Shown: piece after piece, positions 36,530-46,100 of the stretch | Numbering within the stretch: position 1 is the first letter of the stretch | Layout: each line of letters opens with the position of its first letter | IMG/VR virus record: IMGVR_UViG_3300005683_000076 | Source of the DNA: an uncultured virus (IMG/VR IMGVR_UViG_3300005683_000076) | Taxonomy: Duplodnaviria > Heunggongvirae > Uroviricota > Caudoviricetes | Reading direction: 5' to 3' (one strand) | DNA: 64,000 bases | Notes under the pieces: model-generated | What the model saw: the letters and a program-made list of their open reading frames with translations, nothing else | Told to the model about the DNA's origin: nothing | Database searches by the model: none | Translations under genes and position numbers: made by a program

Positions 36530-36797
36530 ACCAGGAGTACGAGCTGCAGCTGTAATAACAAGGATAACTGAAAGCTACACTTATTGGATATTTTCAAGCC
36601 CGTCATTTGACGGGTGGGTACAAAATACAGCCCCCTCTATTACGAAGGTTGGGTACGCTAGGTATAAAGAATTTCCAAACGTGAACTTCTATCCCGGTCA
36701 AGTAGTTGTTTTTGAGTGGCGTCTGTGGCCGATACAGCCCTTACGTTATTTTTGGCAACCAGTAATAACAAATAAAGAACTTGAAACTAACAGATAA
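36516..36797 (+). CDS. Small paralog-family protein
   Basis: KPGVRAAAVI...FYPGQVVVFE...FWQPV. Confidence 0.7.
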   Translation: MKIAKPGVRAAAVITRITESYTYWIFSSPSFDGWVQNTAPSITKVGYARYKEFPNVNFYPGQVVVFEWRLWPIQPLRYFWQPVITNKELETNR

Positions 36798-39558
36798 GAG
36801 CAACAAACCACGGTCTATCCGGCCAAACTTCAACAACATACCAGCAGAACTGAAGGAACTAAAGCAGTTCCTACTGTGGAAGTACGTCTGGCGAGATGGC
36901 GATTCCTGTTGGGCCAAGATCCCGTTAATGCCAAACAAGAAAGCTGCATCCGTCAAGGACCCAGCTACCTGGTCCTCCTTTGAAGAGTGCAGGTCAGTCC
37001 TAGAAGAAGATCCACACTTTGACGGTTTGGGGTATGTATTTACTAGCGATGATCCTTACGTTGGAGTAGATGTAGACAACTGTATAAAGGATTCTAAGCT
37101 GAGTGACACGGTTCAAAAGCTGAAGGAACGTCTCGGCAGCTACGCAGAGTACAGTCCGAGTAGATCCGGTATACATATCATCTGTAAAGGCTCCATTCCC
37201 AAGGCCGGTCGCGGCAAGTGGAAGGACGAGGACCTCGAGATCTACTCGACCGGAAGATACTTCACGCTTACAGGTCAGCCTGTGGGTGAGATACTCCCCG
37301 TCGTGGACAAGACTATGCTGCTTCGTCGTACGATCGACGAGATACAAAAAGAAAAGAGTGCAACAGCAGTAGAAGTCACGACAGATCGCCGGCTGAAGTC
37401 GGCACTAGAGAAGCCGTACATTAAAAAACTCTTTGAGGGTGATATATCTAAATACCCTAGCCAGTCCGAGGCAGACATGGCGTTGTGTGCCAAGCTGGTC
37501 CCGTATGTTGGTGGCAGCCGGGAGCTGCTCGATCAAATGTTCCGCAAGTCTAAACTGTTCCGGGATAAGTGGGACGAGCAGAGAGGAGCAGAGACATACG
37601 GCCAAAGTATTTTATCTAAAGTATTAAGCTCCGATTCCCCAGCCCTAACCGTCAGCCTGCCATCAGGGGAATCTACCAGAGAGAGTCGACGAGCGGGAAG
37701 ATTTACTGTCGATTCTCTCTGGGACCGAGTCATGAACTTTAGACAGAACGGTGACGCACGGGGATACAGTCCTGGCTGGAAAGAACTAGAAAGGTATTAT
37801 CGTCCCACGTTGGGATCACTCAGCGTATTACTTGGAGAACCGTCGGCCGGTAAGTCCACCTTCATGGATGCATTGTCAGTCAATATGTGCAAGAACCACA
37901 ACTGGAGGATAACTATGGCCTCGTTTGAGTCCTTGCCAATTGAGAGACACATCAACAACCTGTGTCAGATCTACCTGCAAAAACCTACATATACCTTTCT
38001 ATCGGGGTGTGCTTCAGATAAAGAAATGGATGAAGCCCGAGAAGAGCTGAATGAGTGGTTCAATTTCATTTCCCCAACCGACGACGACCTGTCACTGGAG
38101 ACAATGCTTAAGTATGTAGAGGATGACATTGAGGAGTTCGGCGTCAATGGATTTGTACTAGATCCGTGGACAGAGGTAGATATTCGGACCGGTAAGAGTA
38201 GCGAGGTAGATTCTATCAAGAATGAATTGAAACGGCTGCAGCAATTTACCAGAGTACGTGACATTCATACTTGGTTACTGGTCCACCCAACAAAATCCAA
38301 CAAAGACAACTACAAGCAAGAGACGCGAGGCATGAGGCCCACACTGTATTCAGCCTCAGGTGCCGCACATTTTAGAAACAAAGCTCTGGCACTAGACACT
38401 AAGATACCCACCCCAGACGGCTGGACCACAATGAAGGACGTCAAAGTGGGAAGTGTCTTATTCGACAACTACGGCAACCCATGCACGGTGACCAATGTCA
38501 CTGAGGTATTTGAAAACGCTCAATGCTATCGCATGAAGTTTAAGAATGGGGCTGAAGTAATTGCCGATGCCGGCCACCAGTGGATAACTAATGATTTACC
38601 TGCTAGGCACAGTAACAGTAAATCACTGAAGTACGGGTACAAGGCCAAACCTTACTCTGCAGTTAGAACTACAGAGGAAATTGCTGCGACTGTACTAACG
38701 AAAGATGGTAATGCGAATCACAGAGTACCTGTAACTAAGCCTCTCAATCTTCCGGAGAAAGATCTCTTAATCCCGCCGTACACCTTGGGTGCGTGGTTAG
38801 GGGACGGTAGAAAGTATGACGGGCAGTTTACATCTATTGACATAGAAGTCATCGATCGTATTAGACAGGACGGATACACCGTCAACCAGCACACCTCGCA
38901 GAAGTCCTGGGGTATTAAATCATTGAAGACCCAGCTAAGAGAACTCGGCCTAATACGTAATAAACATATTCCTGTTCAGTATTTACGAGGGTCATACGAG
39001 CAGAGACTGGACTTAGTTAAAGGCTTAATGGACACCGACGGATGTGCCGAAAAAAATAGTGGGTGGTGCATTTTCGTTAACACTAATAAATCCATAGCCG
39101 TTGGCTTACTGGAGTTGCTTGGAACTTTGGGCATTAAGGCCAGTATCAAAGAAGGCAGGTCTTCCATCGGCAACAAAGACTACGGAGTTAAGTACGAGGT
39201 GAAATTTACAACCGAGACTGAGGTTTTCAATCTTCAGTACAAGCTGGAGAACCAGAGAAAAGCGGTAAATAAAACCACACAGTGGAGCAGTGTTGTATCA
39301 GTTGAACCTGTGGAGTCCGTACCCGTGAAGTGTATAGAAGTAGACTCACCGGAACACATGTTTCTTGTGACGGATCACTTTATCCCCACACACAACTGTG
39401 ACTTCGGTCTGGTCATACACAGGTGGGATGACGACACGGTGAGTCTGTACATAGACAAAGTTAGAAACTCTGAATCTTCCGGTGCTAGAGGCTCAGTAGA
39501 TTTTAAGTTTGATACGCAGAGGAGAGAGTATGTCGAAGAAGAAGTGGACCGCTGGTGA
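36781..39558 (+). CDS. Primase-polymerase (NrS-1-like AEP) fused to a T7 gp4/Twinkle-type SF4 helicase, intein-containing
   Basis: VGVDVD, EYSPSRSGIHI, EIYSTGRYFT, SQSEADMALC; helicase GEPSAGKST, FVLDPW, LLVHPTK, GAAHFRNK|CDFG. Confidence 0.88.
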   Translation: MKLTDKSNKPRSIRPNFNNIPAELKELKQFLLWKYVWRDGDSCWAKIPLMPNKKAASVKDPATWSSFEECRSVLEEDPHFDGLGYVFTSDDPYVGVDVDNCIKDSKLSDTVQKLKERLGSYAEYSPSRSGIHIICKGSIPKAGRGKWKDEDLEIYSTGRYFTLTGQPVGEILPVVDKTMLLRRTIDEIQKEKSATAVEVTTDRRLKSALEKPYIKKLFEGDISKYPSQSEADMALCAKLVPYVGGSRELLDQMFRKSKLFRDKWDEQRGAETYGQSILSKVLSSDSPALTVSLPSGESTRESRRAGRFTVDSLWDRVMNFRQNGDARGYSPGWKELERYYRPTLGSLSVLLGEPSAGKSTFMDALSVNMCKNHNWRITMASFESLPIERHINNLCQIYLQKPTYTFLSGCASDKEMDEAREELNEWFNFISPTDDDLSLETMLKYVEDDIEEFGVNGFVLDPWTEVDIRTGKSSEVDSIKNELKRLQQFTRVRDIHTWLLVHPTKSNKDNYKQETRGMRPTLYSASGAAHFRNKALALDTKIPTPDGWTTMKDVKVGSVLFDNYGNPCTVTNVTEVFENAQCYRMKFKNGAEVIADAGHQWITNDLPARHSNSKSLKYGYKAKPYSAVRTTEEIAATVLTKDGNANHRVPVTKPLNLPEKDLLIPPYTLGAWLGDGRKYDGQFTSIDIEVIDRIRQDGYTVNQHTSQKSWGIKSLKTQLRELGLIRNKHIPVQYLRGSYEQRLDLVKGLMDTDGCAEKNSGWCIFVNTNKSIAVGLLELLGTLGIKASIKEGRSSIGNKDYGVKYEVKFTTETEVFNLQYKLENQRKAVNKTTQWSSVVSVEPVESVPVKCIEVDSPEHMFLVTDHFIPTHNCDFGLVIHRWDDDTVSLYIDKVRNSESSGARGSVDFKFDTQRREYVEEEVDRW
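38383..39396 (+). mobile_element. Class 3 (Ala1, WCT) intein with LAGLIDADG endonuclease (338 aa)
   Basis: ALALDTKIPTPDGW; HQW (W), VKCIEV (C), PTHN/C (T); LGAWLGDG and GLMDTDG. Confidence 0.9.
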
Positions 39559-39781
39559 TCGAATAGCTGTACTTGTTCAAAAAATAGATCCTAGCTTTGC
39601 TTGCCCTGGTCAGGTGCATTTGACCATATCGGGAGATGACTCAAACTATTATTACATCTCAGAAGATCAGCGATCTCTTGTGCGACTAGACAGTATCTGT
39701 GTTTTAGAAAGAGTACGAAAAAAGAATTTCCTAGAACCAGAATGGAGAGTAGTGACACATGAGCTACAAAAAAGGGATTAA
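39530..39781 (+). CDS. Small paralog-family protein
   Basis: AGDRIAVLV...LDSICVLER...EWRVV. Confidence 0.7.
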   Translation: MSKKKWTAGDRIAVLVQKIDPSFACPGQVHLTISGDDSNYYYISEDQRSLVRLDSICVLERVRKKNFLEPEWRVVTHELQKRD

Positions 39782-40010
39782 GAAGGCTGTGCAGATAGAA
39801 CAGTTCTATACCTGGAGTCCTAACTTCTGTAGTCCCGGCAAGTGGAGTTATGGAGGTATCAAAGGAACAGATAAACACTGGTACGTTATTCGATTTCCAG
39901 TAAATGACAAACTTCGTGTAGGTGCGATGGTTATATTAAAGGTTATCAACACAAGAACTCATGTCACACAGTGGGAACTGCAGACAGATGTACAAGAAAA
40001 AAGTTCATGA
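39759..40010 (+). CDS. Small paralog-family protein
   Basis: KGIKKAVQI...LRVGAMVILK...QWEL. Confidence 0.65.
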   Translation: MSYKKGIKKAVQIEQFYTWSPNFCSPGKWSYGGIKGTDKHWYVIRFPVNDKLRVGAMVILKVINTRTHVTQWELQTDVQEKSS

Positions 40011-40224
40011 ACAATTTGGGGAGTGTCCCGACCACGGCAAGTCCTTAGAGTGTAAGGAGTCCCGGGTTTTGAAACATTACAAGCGGAGAAGATTTCATTG
40101 TATGAAACCTCTTTGTAAGTATCGGGAGACTACGGTTGAGGTATTTGTGCCGGCCATTGTTACTCGTGACCGGCGTAGCGGTATTGACAGATTCGTAAGG
40201 AGGATGATTTCGCAGTATGAATGA
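39988..40224 (+). CDS. Zn-ribbon protein (NrdR/Ogr-like)
   Basis: CPDHG...ESR...RRRFHC...CKYRETTVE. Confidence 0.6.
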   Translation: MYKKKVHEQFGECPDHGKSLECKESRVLKHYKRRRFHCMKPLCKYRETTVEVFVPAIVTRDRRSGIDRFVRRMISQYE

Positions 40225-40981
40225 GATTGAAGGCGGCCACTGGTATAAACCCGATGGCAGTCCTTTCTACACAGTAATCAGCAAGTCCGGAAATGAACGA
40301 TCAGTAACCCTCAGAGACGCTAAGAAGATCAATGCAGTACCTTCAGTAACTACGGTATTAAACATCCTCTCAAAGCCAGCACTAGAAAACTGGAAGATCA
40401 AACAAGGCATACTAGCAGCCCTCACTCTTACAAGAGATCCAGAGGAATCAGACGATGAGTTCCTGGCTAGGGTACTAAAGGATTCTAAACGCCAGGCCGA
40501 GGATGCTGCAGCAGAGGGTACCAGGATCCATGATGCGATCGAGTGCTACTTCAAGGGGGGCAATGTTCCTCCTCAGTACTTCCCGCATGTCCGGTCTGTT
40601 CGAGATGAAATAACTAATCTGTATCCTGACATCAACGACTGGAGAGCTGAGGACAGTTTCGCACACGTGTCAGGGTTCGGGGGGAAAGTAGATCTTCACT
40701 CGCCTTCTACAGGGATAGTGATCGACTTCAAGACAAAGGATGGAACCGCAGACACCTGGAACAAACTGGCGTATGACCAGTACATTCAGCTGGCTGCCTA
40801 CAACTACGGCCTAGAGCTGCCGCAGGCAGAGTGCGTGAATATCTTTGTCTCTCGTAGCACCGAGGGTGGATGTAAAAGTCACACGTGGTCCATAGAGGAG
40901 ATCAACAAAGGCAAGGAGATCTTCATCACCTCGCTTCAACTGTGGCAGACGATCAAAGGATACCGGCCGGTATGGGGGTAG
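40217..40981 (+). CDS. Cas4-like/RecB-family PD-(D/E)XK exonuclease
   Basis: PSVTTVL, GTRIHDAIE, GGKVDL, IDFKT, QLAAY. Confidence 0.85.
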   Translation: MNEIEGGHWYKPDGSPFYTVISKSGNERSVTLRDAKKINAVPSVTTVLNILSKPALENWKIKQGILAALTLTRDPEESDDEFLARVLKDSKRQAEDAAAEGTRIHDAIECYFKGGNVPPQYFPHVRSVRDEITNLYPDINDWRAEDSFAHVSGFGGKVDLHSPSTGIVIDFKTKDGTADTWNKLAYDQYIQLAAYNYGLELPQAECVNIFVSRSTEGGCKSHTWSIEEINKGKEIFITSLQLWQTIKGYRPVWG

Positions 40982-40983
40982 AC

Positions 40984-41223
40984 ATGAAGAAAACAAACAA
41001 TATAAGGCACGCCATATTTGTTAAGAAGTATCAGATTACACCTAATCGTACTTTTCTGATTTTTCCTGAGGGTGGGCTTGATCTTGATGAAGACGGAACA
41101 GATCATTTTATCCTAGAGGACCCTGAGCCAGATAACAGAAGCTACAAACTTCCTCAGTTAATAATAGTTGAATTAGTCAAGAAGTGGCGATCTTATGGAA
41201 TATGGAGGGTGGTAAATGAATAA
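40984..41223 (+). CDS. Small paralog-family protein
   Basis: IRHAIFV...PQLIIVE...IWRVV. Confidence 0.65.
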   Translation: MKKTNNIRHAIFVKKYQITPNRTFLIFPEGGLDLDEDGTDHFILEDPEPDNRSYKLPQLIIVELVKKWRSYGIWRVVNE

Positions 41224-41698
41224 ATCGCCAGACACAAATTACTTAGACCAGTTCCCGCCTGAGTATCGCCAATTCATTAAAGACAAATTTTATACAGCTT
41301 ATGTATTTACCGAAGACAGTTACGAGTTCGGACAGGAGGATACTATTCAACTAGCGAAAGGCCCGAAAGAAATGAAGGCACGAGTCAAGGCCAACATGGA
41401 AAAGCTACTTACACTCGGGCCGACGGCAGAACAGGTGGCCGTAATTGAGGCGGTGCTTCCTACGATCGACGGGGCTGGGGAGTTCCTGATCCAGGTGAAG
41501 AAGGAGATCGATGCTATCTGGGCCAGGTCCCGAGACTACCAGGTCCTCCACCCAAAGAAAGAAACTAAGCCCGCATACCCAGCAACGGACAAGCAGATCA
41601 AATTCTTAGAGTCTCTGGGCTGTCCCGATATTCCCAAATCAAAGGCAGAAGCTACCCGTCTAATAGATATATGGAAGAACAAACGGATCAACAATTAA
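41216..41698 (+). CDS. Hypothetical protein with C-terminal PATxKQ motif
   Basis: PATDKQIKFLESLG...SKAEATRLID. Confidence 0.7.
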   Translation: MNKSPDTNYLDQFPPEYRQFIKDKFYTAYVFTEDSYEFGQEDTIQLAKGPKEMKARVKANMEKLLTLGPTAEQVAVIEAVLPTIDGAGEFLIQVKKEIDAIWARSRDYQVLHPKKETKPAYPATDKQIKFLESLGCPDIPKSKAEATRLIDIWKNKRINN

Positions 41699-42078
41699 GT
41701 GCTGCGGACGTTAGACACATGTGGTTTGACAAGCTTATTACTAGCGAGAATAGGAATGGCACGATCGACCACAACTACCTGACCAGGGCAGCAGTTGACA
41801 TGTATTGGCAGATCTACCCCAAGGGATGCGACAACAGCGTTCTGTCTATTCATGCGTTAAACATTAATGAGTGGCTGGAGCGGGTTCTCCACCTGCATGC
41901 TGTCACTTGTGTGGAGTGTCGGGCAGTGTGGACTTCGGGCTTTTCCGGAAGAGAGGCGGAGTCTCAAGATGAAGCTAGAGTAGGTGCTCATGCTAATGGG
42001 TGGCAGGTCACCGGAGACAACATACTGTGTCATAAGTGTAAGGAAGGAGAACAAGATGAGCAAACCATACGGAGGTAA
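41671..42078 (+). CDS. Hypothetical Zn-binding protein
   Basis: CVEC...GW...LCHKC. Confidence 0.6.
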   Translation: MEEQTDQQLSAADVRHMWFDKLITSENRNGTIDHNYLTRAAVDMYWQIYPKGCDNSVLSIHALNINEWLERVLHLHAVTCVECRAVWTSGFSGREAESQDEARVGAHANGWQVTGDNILCHKCKEGEQDEQTIRR

Positions 42079-42081
42079 ATA

Positions 42082-42645
42082 ATGCAAACAGCAAAATGTA
42101 AATGCGGAGAGAAGCAGTCGTGGGGCGACCTGCCACCTTGTAGCATCTGTGAGAAATGCGGAACGGCTCCGGGTTATGCCAATGCCGAGACTGTGCAGTC
42201 TCACAGGTTTTCAAAAAAGTTTGACCAAAATACGGGCAAACCGTTCAATTTTTGTATGGTCTGTGGACGTAAGGAAGAGGTGCTTTTCGAACCTAAATGT
42301 TCGGGATGTGGACACTCCGAACATAAATTCCTTTGCCTACATACGACAGAACTGTCAAATGGTGAACACGATGTATGCGACTGCCAATCATTCTCACCCG
42401 CCGAACCCGACGCAACGGAACGGGCGAACATACTGAGTTCTCCGGTCACGGCAGATGTCACCGTAAACGCCATACTCAAACGCAAGCTAGAAATAGCTAT
42501 GCGGGGGTTGGATGAGTACGGGGATGAGGACAGGTGGGATGATCTTGACGGCAAATATCGCTATTGTCGTATCTTTCGCGGAGAGGCTGCTCACGGCTAC
42601 GAACTCGCCCAACGCATCAAGGCAGAGATAGAGGAGGTCAAGTAG
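42082..42645 (+). CDS. Cys-rich hypothetical protein
   Basis: Multiple CxxC motifs; SD GGAGGT. Confidence 0.65.
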   Translation: MQTAKCKCGEKQSWGDLPPCSICEKCGTAPGYANAETVQSHRFSKKFDQNTGKPFNFCMVCGRKEEVLFEPKCSGCGHSEHKFLCLHTTELSNGEHDVCDCQSFSPAEPDATERANILSSPVTADVTVNAILKRKLEIAMRGLDEYGDEDRWDDLDGKYRYCRIFRGEAAHGYELAQRIKAEIEEVK

Positions 42646-43017
42646 ATGGACGCTGAACAGATCAACAAGCGGATTCACGAGTTTGTAACAGGGGCAAACT
42701 GTGACCATAACGAAATTAGCCGTAAGGCGGACGGTTCAGAGCCTTGGCAGTGCCAACAATGTGGGCGTGTCTTTCTGGACGAGGAGAATTGGTTTCCCAA
42801 ACCTTACACCACCGATCTAAACGCAGTAAGAGAAGCGGAATTGAAGTGCATCGAGGAGTTTGGGGAGTTTGAATACGGCACAGCCCTTTTAGAATATCTG
42901 GATGAAGGCGGACTTCATTACAACCCGAATCTTGATAATAAACACGCGGCTAGGCTTGCCCTGCTTCCTGCTGAAATCCGGGCACAGGCGGTGTATGACG
43001 TACTGGAGAAATTGTGA
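42646..43017 (+). CDS. NinX/ABA-sandwich-like protein
   Basis: INKRIHE...PYTTDLNAVREAE. Confidence 0.55.
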   Translation: MDAEQINKRIHEFVTGANCDHNEISRKADGSEPWQCQQCGRVFLDEENWFPKPYTTDLNAVREAELKCIEEFGEFEYGTALLEYLDEGGLHYNPNLDNKHAARLALLPAEIRAQAVYDVLEKL

Positions 43018-45704
43018 ATTTCAAATTAATAGAAAAACCTAATGAGATAACTGAGGCCTGTCAACATCTGTCAGCTTCTCCAGTGATCGGGTACGACGTA
43101 GAAACAACGGATCTTGATCCTATGCTGGGACGGCTCCGGCTGGTCCAGCTGAGCGATGGAAAGACTACATACATATTAGACTTAGATCCTTTCAACAAGA
43201 AAGGATCTACCCGTACAGCACCTGAGCTGCAGCCCCTGCGTGATCTATTGACAGGACCAATTACTAAAGTTATCCACAATGCTAAGTTTGACTGCAAGTG
43301 GACAAGCTACTGTCTCGGGGTGGAGATAACTAACCTGTTCTGCACAATGCTGAACAGTCAGATCCTTGCCTGCGGGAAAAGTGATCGAGCACATAACCTG
43401 GCTGCAGCGGCTTACCATTTTCTAGGCATAGTCGTTGATAAGACTGAACAGACCAGCGACTGGTCAGCGGCCCGCCTTGAGCGATCACAGCTTGAGTATG
43501 CTGCAAAAGACGTGCTGATTCTTCCTGCTCTCTATGATGCACAGGTTGGGCGGCTGACAGAGCTGGACTTGTTGGAAGTTTCTCGTCTGGAAAATGACGC
43601 AGTGCCGGCCGTCGTGGACATGGAGCTAACAGGTATTTACCTCAATGATCAGGTATGGAGAGACTACTTAGTCACCGTAGAAGCCGAGCATAAAAGACTA
43701 GCTGACGTACTCCAGCGGGAACTTGTTGATCCTAATGGACCGCTGCATTTATTTGACAGGGCTGATATTAATCTTGGATCTACACAACAAGTACATAATG
43801 CTTTGACCAGCATGGGCATACCGGTACCGGACTCTACGGAGGCATGGAGATTGGAACCTCTGGTAGCTGAATACCCAGTAATCGGCACGCTATTAGAGTA
43901 CCGGGGGGTAGATAAAATTCTTACAAGTTTCGGGGAGAGCATCTTGAAGATGGTCCACCCAGTTACCGGCCGGCTTCATCCGGACTTTCGCCAACTGGGT
44001 GCCCTCACTACCGGCCGGTTCTCAGCAAGTAATCCAAATTGTTTTCCTCCAGATGTTGAAATTCTGACGGAGGATAGCGGGTGGGTGAGATTTGACGAAC
44101 TGAAGAAGGCATCGAAAGTAGCAGCATTTGATCAGGATAGTAGGCAGATTCAATTTGAGGCCCCTCAATCGTGGATACAGCAACGCTTCAGCGGGAACTT
44201 ATACCATGTTAAAGGAAAAGAGCAAGTGAACTTCATTGCGACCCCGGACCATGATGTCCTTCTAGAGACTAGAAGGTCAGGGACATGGAAGAAGTTCCCC
44301 GCCGAGGCAGTTCCCCCAGACCATAAAATCTTTCAGGCTGCAACTGTGAAAAAATCAGGCAAATCTCTAAATGAGTGGGAAGTTTCTCTTTACTGTGCAG
44401 TGCAGGCAGATGCTAGTGTTTCGTCAGGGGGAGCAGTAGATATAAAGTTCTCAAGGCCTAGAAAAATTGAAAGGTTTAGAAAAACTCTACAGAAGCTCGG
44501 CATTCCTTACACTGAAACTGTAAAGAAGTATCCATCTGCAAAGCACAAGGACCAAACCAGATTCTATATTGCAGCAAGAGACCTGCCACCTTACCTGGAA
44601 AAAGAGTTTTCCTGGTCTTTACTGGACTACGACAGTGCGACTTTAGAGAGATTTGCTAAAGAGGTATTTCTCTGGGATGGGGAATCTGCCCGAAGCTCCG
44701 CATACACATCGAGGCTCAAACAAAATTGTGATGTAGTGCAGGCAGCCCTGACTCTCACAGGACGCAGAGCCAACGTACGTAGCAGGCAAGTTGGAGGCAG
44801 GCAGTACTGGGACGTGTACGCATCTAACAGGGCCCACTCTATGACAACAAACCTGAGCACCACTCCTGTGCCCTATGTTGGTGACGTGTACTGCGTGTCG
44901 GTACCATCAGGAAACATTGTAACTAGGTACCAAGGTGTCGTAACCATAATTGGAAATTGCCAACAGTGGCCGGCGTTTGCTGAAGCCCGTGCGGCTATAC
45001 AGGCTGCCCCGGGCAAACGTTTGGTGATTGCTGACTACTCCCAGATAGAGCTTAGAATACTGGCCGATCGGTGCCAGGATCCGACGTTTGTTGAGGCATT
45101 TAGGACTGGCCGAGACTTCCACTTACAGACAGCAGCTCAGGTAAACAACATTCCCATGGAAGAGGTTACAGATGAGCAGCGATCCTTCGCCAAGAGACTT
45201 AACTTTGGAATCGTCTACGGAGTGACCCCTTACAAGTTCTCGATCATGACTGGTACTACTAAAGAAGAAGCTGAGGACACAATGGCTAAATACTTTGATC
45301 AGCTGCCTGGTCTTGGAAGGTATGTACGTGATAGCGGGAGGGTCTCTGTGTGCAAGAGGGAGTGTAGGACTGCCTCGGGCAGGGTACTACATCTACACTT
45401 TGATGAGAAGCGGCAGGGCTCCGTCAATTCTGCTATGAGGAATGGCGTGAACATGCCGATCCAGGGAACGTCAGCGGATATCCTCAAGAGAGCTTTGAAA
45501 CTGATACATGATTCCAATAAAGGAACATCTGCACACCTTGTCAACATAGTTCATGATGAGGTCCTGCTGGAGTGTGACGAACATGAAGCAGAACAGACAG
45601 CAAGGAGACTGGAGGATATGATGATCGCGGCCGGGAAAGAGTACGTCAAAACGATAGATATTAAAGTCGACGCCGTGGTCGCCAAGGAGTGGAGGAAGAA
45701 GTGA
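43014..45704 (+). CDS. polA: Family A DNA polymerase with 3'-5' exonuclease (no 5'-3' exo), intein-containing
   Basis: DVET, HNAKFD, YAAKD; TGRFSASNPN|CQQ; ADYSQIELR, AKRLNFGIVYG, NMPIQGTSAD, VHDE. Confidence 0.95.
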   Translation: MNFKLIEKPNEITEACQHLSASPVIGYDVETTDLDPMLGRLRLVQLSDGKTTYILDLDPFNKKGSTRTAPELQPLRDLLTGPITKVIHNAKFDCKWTSYCLGVEITNLFCTMLNSQILACGKSDRAHNLAAAAYHFLGIVVDKTEQTSDWSAARLERSQLEYAAKDVLILPALYDAQVGRLTELDLLEVSRLENDAVPAVVDMELTGIYLNDQVWRDYLVTVEAEHKRLADVLQRELVDPNGPLHLFDRADINLGSTQQVHNALTSMGIPVPDSTEAWRLEPLVAEYPVIGTLLEYRGVDKILTSFGESILKMVHPVTGRLHPDFRQLGALTTGRFSASNPNCFPPDVEILTEDSGWVRFDELKKASKVAAFDQDSRQIQFEAPQSWIQQRFSGNLYHVKGKEQVNFIATPDHDVLLETRRSGTWKKFPAEAVPPDHKIFQAATVKKSGKSLNEWEVSLYCAVQADASVSSGGAVDIKFSRPRKIERFRKTLQKLGIPYTETVKKYPSAKHKDQTRFYIAARDLPPYLEKEFSWSLLDYDSATLERFAKEVFLWDGESARSSAYTSRLKQNCDVVQAALTLTGRRANVRSRQVGGRQYWDVYASNRAHSMTTNLSTTPVPYVGDVYCVSVPSGNIVTRYQGVVTIIGNCQQWPAFAEARAAIQAAPGKRLVIADYSQIELRILADRCQDPTFVEAFRTGRDFHLQTAAQVNNIPMEEVTDEQRSFAKRLNFGIVYGVTPYKFSIMTGTTKEEAEDTMAKYFDQLPGLGRYVRDSGRVSVCKRECRTASGRVLHLHFDEKRQGSVNSAMRNGVNMPIQGTSADILKRALKLIHDSNKGTSAHLVNIVHDEVLLECDEHEAEQTARRLEDMMIAAGKEYVKTIDIKVDAVVAKEWRKK
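44040..44957 (+). mobile_element. Intein in PolA (306 aa) with degenerate LAGLIDADG motifs
   Basis: CFPPDVEILT; TPDH; AVQADA and FLWDG; VYCVSVPSG...IIGN/C. Confidence 0.9.
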
Positions 45705-45725
45705 GGTTACCTACGGAGATCTTTA

Positions 45726-46100
45726 ATGAATAAATTACAGCAACAAGTACGAGAATTTCACGAGACGTTTGACCTTGAGTATTCTGATGAGCCAAAGGCT
45801 ATTGACCTGATAGCGGCACAACGGCGTGTAGCTCTGATCAGAGAAGAACTTGATGAGCTGTGTGATGCTTTTACTTCCTTCAATATTCCTGACATTGCCG
45901 ACGCACTCGGAGATCTTTTGTACGTGGTCTACGGCACAGCCGTGGAATGCGGTATAGATATGGATCCAATCACGGATGAGATCCACCGCAGCAACATGAC
46001 CAAAATAGGCGGGCACAAGAATCACTACGGTAAGTGGATAAAGCCGGACACCTACGAGCCTCCAAGCCTAGAGCCTCTCATTGAGAAAATGTACATATGA
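45726..46100 (+). CDS. MazG-like nucleotide pyrophosphohydrolase
   Basis: VREFH, LIREELDE, IADALGDLLYVVYG, EIHRSNMTK. Confidence 0.88.
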   Translation: MNKLQQQVREFHETFDLEYSDEPKAIDLIAAQRRVALIREELDELCDAFTSFNIPDIADALGDLLYVVYGTAVECGIDMDPITDEIHRSNMTKIGGHKNHYGKWIKPDTYEPPSLEPLIEKMYI

